A stretch of 61,969 nt of DNA, filler included, from Choristocarpus tenellus KU-1152 (Eukaryota; Protista; Phaeophyceae): the NCBI GenBank assembly GCA_964200185.2. It is 11 parts of 11 records of this genome, joined end to end, with 100 filler letters (N's around TTAATTAATTAA, not from the genome) between each part and the next. Parts side by side here need not be neighbours in the genome. Positions count along the whole stretch, not along the records: positions 22,971 to 28,970 come from CAXNAD020009201.1; positions 29,071 to 33,252 come from CAXNAD020015811.1; positions 33,353 to 36,724 come from CAXNAD020020469.1; positions 36,825 to 42,731 come from CAXNAD020009452.1; 7 more parts are not named here. One strand, 5' to 3'. The notes beneath the pieces are model-generated. The model saw only the letters and a program-made list of their open reading frames with translations, made no database searches and was not told where the DNA came from. This document shows, piece by piece, positions 27,203 through 41,062 of this stretch (position 1 is its first letter; every line of letters starts with the position of its first letter). A program made the position numbers and the translations under genes.

Positions 27203-27527
27203 TGTCTAGATGTGTGGTAGATAGCTTGTACCCATTTATCGTGGATATAGACGTCGCGGTTTTCCACTATTTTCGTTTGAAGGGAGTCGAGTATGATCCT
27301 CACATCCTTACACTGTACTCAAAAGCTGGGAGACCCACCGACCACAAAGATTGAACCGATCGAATCTAATAGTATGTCTCAAGTCCTTTCTCTTTTTTTA
27401 TTACTACCTCCGTGCCATAAGTCTGTGCTACGTTGTCCACAACTTCGAAGATGATGAAATTCATTTCTGAAAGAAGATATGGAATCCTTGAATTTCGGGT
27501 TAAGGTCAGCACTTTTTATTAGTATTA

Positions 27528-28970
27528 CTCCCCATCCATCACAATATTATTAGCCACAAAAAAACCCCTCTATGTCTACCTTCGGCGTGTTTTCAAACTC
27601 ACCAGACAACTGCCTCTTCCTTACCCCTGTGTGCTCCAAACTGAAGTCATTCCCCCCTTCGTATCTAAGTACTTGATTGTACACCACGAAAAAGGAGGTG
27701 CCAAACCCTCTCAAGTGCGGTTTCATCCTACTCCTCATATTGTTTCTTTATGACCTTCACCATCTCCTCGATGGACCCAAACCGTTCCCCCATCACCCGG
27801 CATTTCAAAGACCTGAAGAAGCACAGGTCCATGATATTGAGGTCGGGCGAGTTAGATGGCTGCATCACAAGTCTAATCGACCATCCCTCAGTCTTCCCTG
27901 CCCCTGACGAGATTTCTGAGTTGCCCTTGCCCGTATGGGGGGTGGCACCGTCTTGCTGAACGACATTGTGCTTCCCCTGCAACCAGGGCATCTTGGTCTT
28001 GATTGCAGACAGTAACTCCTCCGTGTACCACTTCCTGTACCACAAATGGTCTAAAGTACAGTCCTGCTCATACACATCCCCCTTTTTATGGTTCTTGCTT
28101 TTCCTGTCTGCCGTTTTTAGCGCACACACACGCCAAACACCAACCTTTCCATCAAAGCTGTGAGCCCAATATGGGCAGGCGCTGGCTGCAATGATCGTGG
28201 TTTTAGGGATATAACTCCTGTGCTGCACAGTAGGGGACCCTGGAAGGTCGCTATCCTCATGTGGAAATACCCTAACCCTTTCCCCATCAGCCATCATGTA
28301 AAACCAGGTTTCATCCACACGGATCGTGTTCACCATGGTGGTGTACAAACCACGTTTCCGGTCCACTTGATCGCAGACAAAGTCCATTTTCCTACCTTTT
28401 GCCACGATTTAAGATTGGGTTTGATCCAGCGGCGATTCGGTATGGCCTCCATATCATCTAACCACCTGTATATGATGCTCGCGCTACAATTCAACCCCTT
28501 GGCGGCCATCTTCATTATCAACTGACGCACTGCTGTGGATGACCAATCATTGGAGTTGATACTATGTATTGGGGCCATCATAGTCGGTGTGAGCTTCAAA
28601 GGCCGCCAACTACGTACCGCCACCCCTAGGTCAAGCGTATGGCCACGAGTGAGCTGATCGACGACATCCTCCCAGACCCCTTGCATGTAACCGCTCCAAC
28701 ACTCCAAACTCCGCTGTGAGGGCCAGCCCAACGTGTCGCGGCAGTTTATGCTCACCAGGGACCATCACGAGGGCGTGCCGCTCTGCAAGTGCAACCCTGG
28801 TATTCAGGGACACTTGGGCAGCCTTTTTTCGAGGGGGGGTCGACGGGGGGGTTACTATACCGACGTTCTGACCCTTGACGTGCCCAGCTCTGGCGTGATA
28901 TTCGAGTTGCGTTGCTAGAGGCTGATGTTGCTCTGCCCGTTGTTCGTGAATTTATTGCAAATGTGAAGGA
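27528..28970 (-). mobile_element. Tc1/mariner element of the plant-mariner (DD39D-related) group with a frameshifted transposase
   Basis: Motifs VDETWF, FDGKVG, QQDGATPH, QPSNSPDLNIMDL and GGNDF. HTH-like region lies in 28330-28755. Stowaway-like terminus TA|ctccccatccatc at 27526-27540. Confidence 0.9.
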
Positions 28971-29070
28971 NNNNNNNNNNNNNNNNNNNNNNNNNNNNNN
29001 NNNNNNNNNNNNNNTTAATTAATTAANNNNNNNNNNNNNNNNNNNNNNNNNNNNNNNNNNNNNNNNNNNN

Positions 29071-29236
29071 AGAAGCGAGGGTATTGAGGGTATACCTTAC
29101 TTAGACAGATTGACAGAAGCGAAGGTATTGAGGGTACACCTTACTTAGACAGATTGACAGAAGCGAAGGTATTGAGGGTATACCTTATTTAGACAGATTG
29201 ACAGAAGCGAAGGTATTGAGGGTATACCTTATTTAG
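29071..29236 (+). repeat. 44-bp minisatellite, about 3.8 copies, cut by the contig start
   Basis: Unit agaagcgaRggtattgagggtaYaccttaYttagacagattgac. Confidence 0.95.
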
Positions 29237-30032
29237 CCACGTGTAAGATTTTAGTGCCATATTGGTTATTTATTTTCTAGAGCCTAGAAGTCTGTGGGAA
29301 TGAGGTTTGGCCGTTGTATACAAGATTAACATTTCCTTTAGTTTTTGGAATGATATATATATTTTATCATTTTTATTGTTTTCATGTATTGTATTGGGTA
29401 TCATTTCAGTGTATGTGCATGATATATATTATTATTATTATTATTGATGTTATCTTCTTTATTGCTTTCATGTATCGGGTATCATTTCAGTGCTACTACT
29501 TTCAGGAGGATCTTTTGTTGGTATTGTTAGTAACAGTAGTTCCTTAGAAAAAAAGGCGTTTACTTGCAATAATAATAAAATAAACCGAAATAGCATTATC
29601 TATTCAAAACAGCTCGATCAAAAAAATGATTAAACTCATAATTGCTTTATCATTATTATTATTATTATTAAATGTCACCTCGAGCAACAAGCATTATTAT
29701 TATTATTATTATTCAACCATACAAACATACATCCACTTGCACACACACATACATATATTTCATTAATCCTCTAACAAGTACAACCCTGTAAAAAAGGATA
29801 GACCTCCAAATACTACCTTCTCTTCAAAAAAACTCTCAAAAGAATGAAAAATAGTAGAGTGTGCATACAGTCAGTCACGTCCAGATCTCAGGTATCAAAG
29901 TAATTTTTAAAAGTCAATATTGAAAAAAACGCAAATGCCTTCAGGTAAAGCATAAACACCTTCAGGTACAGTGTAAACGCCTTCAGGCACTGCGTAAAAC
30001 TACCTGAATAGGACTACCCTGAACAGGACTAC

Positions 30033-32843
30033 CTGAATAAGACCAGCAGGAGGTTATGGTTGCTTAACACACGATGCATGGCTTCCATGGTGAGCATAGC
30101 TGGCCAAGTGGCAGGTCCCTCCTTCCGTGGAGCAAAGTCAAATTGTCCTGTTCCTTCCCTATCCTCACCTGGACATCCATGGGGGCGGGGGGATCAAATT
30201 CAAAAAAAGAAAAAAATATATTGTAAATTGATACAGCAAATATATTGAGTACTACCACAGTGGTTACAATTTTAAACGAGTTTTCTTTTTTTAATCAAAA
30301 GGTTTCCTGAGTATAGATTAAACTGGCTCCCAGTTCACCAACTATTTTCATGTACTAGTATTAAAATTGCACTCTGCACAAAAATAATACTAAGAATAAC
30401 ATAGTAACACTGAAAAATAATAATATAATAATAAAATAATAACAGTAATACTAAGTGTAGCACACAGAGTGATCTCAACCACAACTAAAAACAACTCTAT
30501 GAACAACAACCCAATCCCTAACCCTAACCCTAACCCATACCAGCACGATGGAGTGAATAACCAATCCTAACCCTAACCCTAACCCTTTTATTTCAATACA
30601 CGTACCACCTTAACTTTCAATTGAAATAACATAACATAACCAATAGGAAAAGCTTGTCCATATAATAGGCTTTTGCTAAAAGATAATAAGGTAAAAGAGT
30701 TAGAAANNNNNNNNNGGGGAAAGAAAGTAAAAATAAGTTAAGAAATGGATTATATCATACGGGAGATTTTATTAAAAAACCATCTTGATTCACAAATCAC
30801 AACCATAACAGACTTCGGTATGTAATATATGTAATGTATGAAATTCATGGAAGTAATGTATGTAATATATGTAATGTATGAAATTTATGGAAGTAATGTA
30901 TGTAATATATGTAAATGTATGTAATATATGTAATATATGAAATTTATTCAAGTAATAGATGTACTGAGTGTAATATATGTATAGTGAGTAAGGTATGTAA
31001 TTTATGTAATGAATTCAATATATGCATGAAATGTAATATATGAAATGTATGCAACATGTGTAATGTGAGTAAGGTATGAAATTTATGTAACGAATTTAAT
31101 ATATGTATGAAAATGATGAAATGTTACATATGAAATGTATGCAATGTATGCAATGAGTGAAGAAACACACAAAAAGGGAGTCACTCCTTGCTGCTACCAA
31201 TAACGATGACACTACCCTAATCCTATAACCACAACCCAAACATTTGTTTTTTCTATTCTATAAAACAATAAAAATAACCAAACCGTACAGCGAAGAAGAA
31301 GCTCTCACCCATGCCGTCCTCTCCCCTTGCCCCCAAGCAGCTGACCATGTTGGAGAAGATAGCCTGTCCCTATAATTTAAAAAACACAGTAGAAAAGAAA
31401 AGAAAAGAAAAATTACATTTGTATCAAGTTATTTCTTTTTTAATATCTTCATGGTTTTAAACTTTATCGAGAATGATGAAAAGAACAAACAGAACCGAAT
31501 GAACATAACCACCCACAATAAATAAAAAATTAATAATGTGTATAGTAGATGTATGTGTTAGTTAGACGGCAGGAAGTAGTCTCCCTTGATACTACAAAGT
31601 GGAAACTAAAAAAAACGTAACACACAAAAACAATAAACAAGGACAAAATATATATATATATGCAAAACACAGTTAACCAAAAGAATCGATGTAACGAAAG
31701 TGTTCAAAACTGCGTTTTTTCGACATAAGAACAAAAAGAACGTAAACAATCAAAAGATAGTAAGACTAATGACGAAGAGAATAAATAAGACTAATAATGG
31801 AAATAATAATAAGACTAATAATGGAAATAATAATAAGACTAATAAAGAAAACAATAAGAACATTAATAATGAAAAGAATAATAATAATAAAAATGAAAAA
31901 ATAATGAGACTAGCGACGAAAACAATAAGAACACTAATAATGAAAAGAATAATACAGTAGCAAATATCACACAAATAAAAATAAACAACATAAAAAAGAA
32001 GGGTCACACCTCGGCTGGCAGCAGATCTCCGTAATTGACAACCAGCGTCCCAGCAGCCCTAGCTAGCCTTACCAGCAACGGAAAGTCCATACGATGCCTT
32101 GAAAAAAGCAAAAAAACATTGAGAATAACAGTAACAAAAAAGAAAAAAGAGGAAAAAAAGAAAAAAGTAGAGATAGTTTTTTTTTAAATGAAATTAGAAT
32201 GCTGACAATAAGATAATTAGAATGCTGACAATAAGAGACCTTTAGATTTCAATAAACTGTGGAAAGGAGAAAGGTGTAAATGACGTAACTGACGGAATAT
32301 ACTGTATATACTATAACAAGAGATTACAATCCTCTACCAACAAGAACCGATTGGAAGGAGGGAGGCAATACAAGACAGATTAAATCAAAAAGACTCAGCA
32401 AAAGAATACGAGACTATTACGAGACTAACGAATACGAGACTATTACGATATTATTTGAAGATAAATACAATGGTTAAGAATGAACATACTTCAAGAAATT
32501 AAAGGCAACAACAAAAAGTGCCTCCACAGAGCAGAACATCTAACTAATACATAATACACGCACATACATACATACATACATACATAGATAATTCATACAT
32601 AATGCACATACACACATACATACACAATACATTATGCATAATACACACATACACATACATAAACAGATACATGGAAACAAGCTGTAACCGACAACTAGTG
32701 CTTAGATACCTAGGGTTAGGGTCAGGATACTTTTTTACTATTTTTCACCTCAATGTCTGCAACAGCAAAGGGACCACCTCATTGCCAAGCAGAATCCTGA
32801 TGGGCTCATATTCTCGAAATAGCTCTGGTTGCTGGGACAGCAC
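30033..32843 (-). CDS. MON2: MON2-like protein, internal exons 32843-32749, 32097-32010, 31369-31309 and 30147-30033 (HUS/Sec7_N region)
   Basis: Phase-compatible GT-AG splicing gives VLSQQPELFREYEPIRILLGNEVVPLLLQTLRHRMDFPLLVRLARAAGTLVVNYGDLLPAEGQAIFSNMVSCL...PATWPAMLTMEAMHRVLSNHNLL. This is collinear with MON2 motifs as I recall them (FP..MRLLR, ECEIFL, W..A.A.E.IHR). Confidence 0.75.
30819..31160 (+). repeat. Degenerate AT-rich tandem repeat in an intron (tatgtaatata-like units)
   Basis: Recurring tatgtaatatatgtaatgtatgaaatt. Confidence 0.85.
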
Positions 32844-33966
32844 CTGAGAACCACCACACCAGCAACAGCGGCTCAATGTGACTAAAAATGGGCATTGTTT
32901 TTATGCTGATATCATTTAACTATTTTCATACAACAGTATATCTCCCCCTCTAACCCTAACCCTAACCCTCCTACCTCTCGATCTCATGGCCCTCAACAAG
33001 GCAACCAATCAAAAACCAAATTACAGACAGGCGTTTTCATCAAGAGATTAACACCCCTCGTGTTCACACAACTGCATTCTTAACTATTAACTATCTTGGT
33101 GATCATGCCCACAACCTAGTGGTTAAATCACCACAACCCAACCTACTCTCAAGCACATTTCCGTAGCAGGCACACGGAGGAGGAAAGGCTCTCTGCGTCA
33201 AAACATTCTAACAAGGCGGGGGAGGGGGAGGGGGAGGGGAAGGGGAAAGGGANNNNNNNNNNNNNNNNNNNNNNNNNNNNNNNNNNNNNNNNNNNNTTAA
33301 TTAATTAANNNNNNNNNNNNNNNNNNNNNNNNNNNNNNNNNNNNNNNNNNNNCTCACCCCTCCCCTCCACTTCGTCCTTCCCCTCCTCCCCCCCCCCCCC
33401 CCCCAAAAAAAAAGCAAAAAAAAAGCACCCTGTGCACCAGACTACTAAAATGAAAAATGGTGTTAACTAAAAGTAGTGTTCCACTTACATGTCAGACTGG
33501 TGTAGAAACAGGAAAATTGTTCATCGAAAATATGAGCACATTTCGCTACTTTACTTACACTGCTGACTACACGATACTACTGACTACACTACACTACACT
33601 AGACTACACCATACTACAATAGACCACACACACACACACACACACGAACCTGATTTCAAGCATGTACACCTGAAACCCTCAACCTCTTATCTTTTTTTTT
33701 CAAATACTAGAAAAAAAACATTCTTAGAATACGAGGGAGACCGCTGGAGTTCTCAAAGCCTTATTTGGATTCCTGAAGCGTACACGATACTCAAGCATAC
33801 CTAGCAACATCCCTCCGATTTCTCATCACTCTTTCCAATACAACCCCCACCTCACACTAAATGTTACACACGCCATGCATTTTCCTTCAACAATCTAACA
33901 CACTACAAAACACAAAAACACAAACACACATACACACATGTATTGTTTCCACCAATAGGCTCTCAC

Positions 33967-35782
33967 CTCTCCCTTAAGTCGAACAAGCTCCACCTCCCCA
34001 ACCCCCTCCCCCACCTCCGCCTCCAAACGCCCTAACCCTGACCCCCCTGGCCCCACCCCAAAAACACAATTGCCATTCGTAGCATCTCCCTCCACCTCCA
34101 TGGGCTCTGGGCCACCACCAACCGGGCTGGGGCTTGGGGAAGAGGATGATGAATCAAGGAGGGCAAGATGCCTTTGAATAGCCCTTCCAGCATCTTCAAC
34201 TCGGCCATCACGGGCTTCTGCCCGTCCCTGTATATATATATTATTTATTTATTTTTATTTACTTATTTTTCCCACGAGTGTGCATAAGTCATTTGTTGGA
34301 CTGTACAATACTCTTAAGATTCAAGAGATAGCCAAAAACAGCAACTGTATATCACTATTAATGTATATACAGAGTATTAACAACAGAGAGTACCTTCTGC
34401 TCTCATTGGATCCACTGCTTATGTAGGATATGGTACATTAATAACTCACCAGTACAGTATGGTATGACTGCACCACAAAACAAAGGTGGAATATAGATAC
34501 TGCATATATACGTATATATATATATATACATCTGTGTGCGTGTGAGGAATTACTACAAATAGTGGTAAAGATCATAACGCCAAACCATATGCTGCCAAAC
34601 CCCGATTTCTTGGTTGGCAAAAGTGGGGAAATTTCTTTGATAAATCTGCAGCCTGACCCCCCCTGAAAGGGTTTAATTTCAAACACTAAGAGTAATCGTT
34701 GTATTACCAAAGACACTTTTGCTAAAAATGTTATTGCATAGAAAAAGAGAACTGCCATAAGAATTCTACCGGAAAATACTCACACCAATGCTTCTAGTTT
34801 CACTGACTTCAGACAACAGTTACTGACGGGTTCATTCCAAGTGACAAAATATTTAAATACTAATAATAATATATAATAATCTTTTGATCATTTAAATACT
34901 ACTAATAATATATAATAATCTTTTGGTCAATAGTCGCTCTTCCAGAACGTGCCTTATAACACTGTACCAACACATCAATTCTGATTGGTCGATCCAAACC
35001 ACATAATATTACCATGATTACCGTTCACTTCAACATTCTCAGGCCAGCAACATGATCAGAACCAACACCAATGAGGCAACCTCCCCCCCCCCCCCCCCCC
35101 CCCCCCCCCAAACCACTCTTACTTAAAATAAAAAGAAAAAAAAAACAACAACAAAAAAACANNNNNNNNNNATTAACCACACAATACCCAATCTCACGCC
35201 CCAAACAAAAAACAAAACAAAACCCAAGGAGGAACCCCCCCCCCCCCCCCCCCCCCCAAGCAAAGTGCAATTTTTTTTTTTAAGAAAAAATTAAAATGAG
35301 ATCAAACAAACGCATAGAGAGAACCAACTCAAAAAATCACAAGAAAAAGAAAAAGAATGCACTAGAAATACACACACGCACACATGCACACACACATTAA
35401 AATAGTCACATGATACTTCTAGTACTGCACAGCACACTTATCTCATGCGTGTTCCCGTGTTACACCTAGGGTTAGGGTTAGGAGTGTTCCCGTGTTACAC
35501 CTAGCGTGCATGACTCAGTTCCAGTACCACCAACCACCCTACAAGCTCCCCCTCCCCGGGACATTCATGTTAGCACCACCTACTCCTGTTACTTGCTGAT
35601 GCTCAAAAAAAAAAAAGGTGCGCGGTACACACCTCACAGAGCTCCCGCCGTGCTGTGGCCGCCCTCCTGGCAACCCCCATAGAGAGATGCAACATCAGCT
35701 TCCGCTCCTCATGGAAATCTGTCGCCATCAGCCTCATTTCATCCAGCAAGAAATCCCACAGAGTTTTTCGTCGCCGAGGTAG
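33967..35782 (-). CDS. HSA-domain protein (EAF1/SWR1-type chromatin factor), exons 35782-35633 and 34227-33967
   Basis: LPRRRKTLWDFLLDEMRLMATDFHEERKLM matches the HSA consensus KTHWDxLLxEMxWMAxDFxxER. Both exons are phase 0 with AG/GT ends. Confidence 0.85.
35449..35504 (+). repeat. Telomere-like insert flanked by a 21-bp direct repeat
   Basis: gtgttcccgtgttacacctag-ggttagggttagga-gtgttcccgtgttacacctag. Confidence 0.9.
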
Positions 35783-36603
35783 CTTATTTTGAAAAGGTAG
35801 GGGAGGGGGAGGAGGAGGGGGAGAGTTGAGTGTGTGTGTGTGTGTGTGTGTTTTTTTTTAGTGTGTGTTTTTTAGTGTGTGTGTTTTAGTGTGTGAAGAC
35901 AGGGGAGGAAGAATATGTTGATAAAAACATCTCAGAGAAACGACATCCAATCATGCAGCTTTTTTATTAATAAATAGTTGTAAAATATAAAAATTATCAA
36001 AAACTGATGTCAAAGAAAAATACATGCTAGTATTAGTAGTAAGGGAGTTGAGGAAGTCACAGGGTGAGTGCATAGATGCAGTCCTATTGGATCATGTTTA
36101 CGTATAACCCACTTCATTTGTGTACATGTTTCTTTTCTTGGACCAATTCCCCCCCTACCCCTTCAAACATTTACAAATTCATCATTATTACTACTGCTGC
36201 ACTTTTATTATTTTCTCTATCATCAAAAAAAAATAAGGTACCTCCTTTTCCCACAAGTTCTGGGTATGTGTTTTGATTTTTCAAAACAAAAAGAGATAGC
36301 TGAGGTAATTCTTTTCACTAACAAAAAAAATATTACAAGAGATTAAAAAAAAATACTCGTTTTTCTTTTCACTCTTACGAATGCACAACGACAAACAGCA
36401 GCGGAATGTAACAAAAAAAAATGTATCATTATGTTCCCCACACTAAATAAAAACACAGTGAAAAGGGCGGGGTGCCTCATTGCGCGTTCGCCAGTGCCCT
36501 TCTTACCACATGCGTGTGCACGCTACGGCATTCCAGTCTCTGATCGCACCTTTTTGTTCTGACGACAGTTACACCCATCTCTGATCGCACCGTAAACGGG
36601 ACA

Positions 36604-36616
36604 GGCTCAAAGTATC

Positions 36617-36647
<31 letters not shown>

Positions 36648-36650
36648 GGC
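36604..36650 (+). mobile_element. MITE family A terminus
   Basis: ggctcaaagtatct plus poly-G. Similar isolated ends at 19753, 46887 and 47039-47080. Confidence 0.75.
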
Positions 36651-39639
36651 CCCGGGGCCCCCAACCCCCCCCGCAAGGGCGCCCAGAGGCAGTTCCACGG
36701 ACGGGCCGGACAAACGGGCAGGCANNNNNNNNNNNNNNNNNNNNNNNNNNNNNNNNNNNNNNNNNNNNTTAATTAATTAANNNNNNNNNNNNNNNNNNNN
36801 NNNNNNNNNNNNNNNNNNNNNNNNGTACAGAAATTCTGTTGCCATTTCCATATTTTCCTGTGCTCAACCCCCTGGCTCTGTGTACACATCAAAGTATGTG
36901 GTGTGTGTTATCAAAGCAGCAAATTGGGGAATATGAGGAGAGGAGTACAATACTTCACAGTGGTCAAACTGCTACGCAGGAGGCAAGAGGATGAGTCAGG
37001 AAGAGTTCATTCTTGTCAACTGCCTTTGAATTGTGCTGAGATTCCAGATCAAGTAGGGATGGCCGCTGTGGAAAGCATTTTTTCACTCTTGGTTCAATCT
37101 CCAAGCAGCATCTCTCCCCCCCCTTGGCCCCCAAGACTAGTGCATGTGCAGGAACATTAGTTTTCCCTTGCTTTTTATGTAGAACATGTGTGTTTGCTTG
37201 AGGTGAGATGGTGTATAAATAAGCTGTCTCTCGCCTGTGTGTGGTGCCTCTTGCATATGTGAGCTTTGTCCAACAATTGCAAATGATGTCTCTTGATTTG
37301 GTATCCATGTATGAGCCTGTGTTGATTTCTTAAACAATGCCCTGGTCTTGATTGGTGTTGCGTATGCAAGGCTGTTTTAGGCAGGATAGACCGTGTGAAT
37401 GCAATAGCTTAAGTCTTGCAGAAACCTGTGCATTATAGAGATCAGGTTACCAAGTCCGACTGCTCCCACTTTGTGTAATAACCATTTCAAGAGGCTATTC
37501 AACCTCAAACTTAGTCAGGGATGTTGCTCCCAATCTATGATTCCGATTTGATGCACTGTTCAAGCTGTAATGTTTGTTTTTGCAAGCAAGATTATTGTTA
37601 GCTTGCATCCTCATTTGATGTGAAATAAGGCAACAAACATTTGTTAAGACTTTACGAATATCTTCCACTTAAATGAATCTCTAAGTCAAGTCCGTGGGGC
37701 CACATGACTGGATGGGAAGATACATCATTCAATCTCCTAATGCTTACCATGTTACATCACCGTCCCAGAATTTGGATTTTCATGTATGGTTCTGGATAAT
37801 TGTAAAACCTCTGAACTCTCAGTGGTGGTGATTGACCAACTGACCTTTTTGCCAAGAGTATAATTTTTGGGAGAAAGTACATCCAAGCTTGTTCTGCTTT
37901 TATAGGCATGAGAGTTTTTGGTAGGAACAATTGAAGGATTGTTTGTACTACTCTTAGAGTCTCTTTGAACGTTTCCATTGGAGGGAAAGGTTGTCTTCTT
38001 CTGCAAGTTTCTGAACTTACAAATAGAGTACTTCATCGGGCAAGAGGATTGTGTTGAAAGCGTGTGTTGTCTTGGTAGGTGACAGGTGCTGTTGAATCGA
38101 GTTAGCATTGTCATGGGGCAATGCCAACCTATCACGTATTGTTCCAATCCACCAGTTGATGGGGCGAAGGCATTTTATTTGAATTGAAGGTAGGGATCTC
38201 AATGGTGTTTCTGGTTTGTGATATTACAAGAGACTCTAAAGATTGGACTTCTGGAGCTGGTCCTCCTCCCTAGTGCATCAAACAGTGGGTGTTACACAGT
38301 ATGATCGCTGTATGATGGGTCGAGTTTGTACCATCAGTGGTATAGTGTTTGCTGTCGTATTGATCCCACTTACTCTCAACGTACTATGTAGTCGGTATCA
38401 ATCTCAGGTTTGTTGCCGAGATTGGCGGGCTGTCAGTAAGAGAGCTTTGCTGATTTTCCTGATCAACACCAATTGAATGTTATAGTCTTCTGGTCCCTCT
38501 ACACATTCTTGAGAATCTATCTCCTATTATTGTTGTACTGCTGCTGTTTACATAGTCAAAGAAAGTATTCTTTGCTGTGTATGAGACTGCACACTTTCAA
38601 GTAAACTATTTTTGAAGCTTTTGGTAATATTTCTAGTGTTGCTAAAAAAACTCTATAATATTCTGAATGTCTTTCATAAATGTAGTATTACTACTGCTTT
38701 GTAGGCAGGTGCTGTCTACCTACGAGCAAAGGTGTAGCAGTGTAGCATGGCTATAATTCTCCTGTGCCTCTGTGGATGTCAATAAGAGAAATGAATTTAT
38801 CACAACAGGGCAGTATTAGGAGTTAAGTCATAGATTATGGTAGTTGGATGTGTATAGTGTTAACTTCGAAGTATTTGCGTAGTTCTCGAACTAAGCAAAG
38901 CAATTGAGAGGTAGGCAGGATTGGACCCTTTTTTGTATTCTAAGCCATCTTTCCTTGTGCAATACACTCAATTTTATTGCTATATGTGCACAACAGTGTT
39001 TGCAAAAATCGATATTCCCCTTCAACACACGAAGTGACACTACTACATTTTCGCAAATATTCTTACTACAATTGTACAAAATGGAATATTTTTGCCCTTC
39101 TTCCGGATCAATAAAATGCAACCTTGCCTACCTCTCCGTTACTTGGCTCAGAATATAATAGAAGAAAATAGAAAGGAAAACCATAGTTGAAAAGAAATAC
39201 CACACAAAAGTTAGTGCACAGCACTAGTACAAGAAAAAGAACAGTGAATGCAAGAAAATCACCCCCTTCGCGAAAGAAGATTGAGAAAGCTGCATTCCAC
39301 TGACAGTGGTGGTGATTGTGATGGTGGTGGTGGTGGCTTTGCGATCTTAGCCTCTGTTATAGCGTGGTGTACATTATCGGCGATAATATATTTTCTTGGA
39401 ATGAGCCAAAGTGAACCAGAGGTACCCAGATTTTTGGTGATGTTGCATTTTAAGTCACTTTTTCGATCATTTCAAGTTCGCCCATAATTCCATGGATGCA
39501 GTGAGAAGTTGGACTTGAGAGCGTTGCTTCTCTATTGTTTGACCTTTTGTTCACAGAATTCAGTAAAGTTCATGTACTCCTTTATACAATAAGTCGAATT
39601 GTGCACATATTTGTCGGCATCCTCAAAATGTAACTCTGG

Positions 39640-40320
39640 GTACCTCTCGTTTTCTTTGGCTCAATGCCACTTTGCCATGAAGCTTGTTGTCCTGGTAGTC
39701 ACCAACTCGGCTCACTTCTGATGGTAAGTAAATCTGGTACATTCCAACCCTTAACCGTATTCCTAAACTTCTCAAGGTCATTTTCTTGGAGGCATATCCT
39801 CCGGTTCTTCTCCTGTCCACCTTGATTCCGTTTTCCAACCTGTTGTTGCCTCCCAAACATCCACACCTTGGAAAGTCTCTCATCCCCCATGCGTGCAAAT
39901 GACTCAGCAAATAAGAGTCTCCACTTTCGCAAATTCTCCTCAATGCTCTCACACCCAGTCTTCACAAAAGCATATTTATAGGGCAGGGCACGATTGGGAT
40001 AAGAGTGCCCTGGTGGAGTGCCCATGCCATTAAAAAATATGATCGTACTTAAAGCACCTCAATCTTGAGCATTCGAACCTGAAGCTCAAGCGATACACCC
40101 GAGGTCCTAACATATAGCTCTTGACTCTATCTGCCAAAACAATTGCGAACTTTCTCAATCCTCCCGCTGATCTCAGCAGTAATGGCAACTCTGTCACTGA
40201 TGGTGCCCCCAAGGTAAAAAATAGCAGCACACATTTATAATTCTTAGTGCTTCTCACATGAAAGTTATGCATACACAGAGTGGGCTCATCATTGATGTTG
40301 CCCCGAAGGTAAACAACCAC
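39640..40320 (-). mobile_element. RTE-like LINE 3' remnant
   Basis: TGCESIEENLRKWRLLFAESFARMGDERLSKVWMFG...GGQEKNRRICL, with upstream YLRGNI (YLG-like RT motif). Confidence 0.85.
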
Positions 40321-41062
40321 AGTACACATGTTTAATCCGTGGTGCTTCCCTCATAAAATTTGTACGTTCTGCTTACTGTCTATTCTGTTTGCTATCTGTA
40401 TTGTTAGGGGCTAATATGAGTTCGAGGTTACGAATCCTGATTTCTGTTAACACCGCTTCGTTGGGGTTTGAACTCAACATTCTCATATGGGAAGAACTTC
40501 CATTACTCATTGAGAGTGAGAATAAATTACCATCACTGCACAACTAGAAATATATTTTTTTGTATGGACCAACAAAAAGACAGTGCAGTAGTTCAAAGTA
40601 TATAGTCAGTAAGTAGGTTGCAGAGTTCATGTTGGCAAGGCACATCGATGGCAAAATGGGGTGTCTTGCCAATCGTGGCTTTGCTCTGCCTGTCGTTGGA
40701 ATCATCAACTGCTTTGAGCTCTGGTAAGTTGTACAGTGAGTTAACCAAGATGTCGCCGTATTGCAGGTCAAGGTTGTGTCTCCCTTGATATCGTAATGGT
40801 TGTAATACGCCCTTCTTTTGACTCGTTTCCACCTCACCAACAATTTCCTTGTCCCAGACCCTGTTCAAGCATTTCGTCAACCAGGAACTCATCGAGGGTC
40901 AAAGCGGAAAATATCTCCTGTCGTGCTAGCCCTCAAGCGCGAACCGTCCTCAGTTCTCTCGCACAGGAACCTACCTGGTCACTGCGCGATTGGGAAGGGT
41001 GTGCCCCACTCCTCAGTTCGGCACTGCGTGGGGATTTCCTGCTGCACCCGGGGTCGGCCGAA

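Noticed and set aside
29071-29236. CRISPR-like array
   Set aside because: The 44-bp units are contiguous with no unique spacers, no cas genes are present and the context is eukaryotic.
31700-32007. N/K-rich and L/F-rich ORFs
   Set aside because: AAT-rich low-complexity sequence within a MON2 intron.
36825-39500. Several 60-130 aa ORFs
   Set aside because: No recognisable motifs and no consistent splice model.
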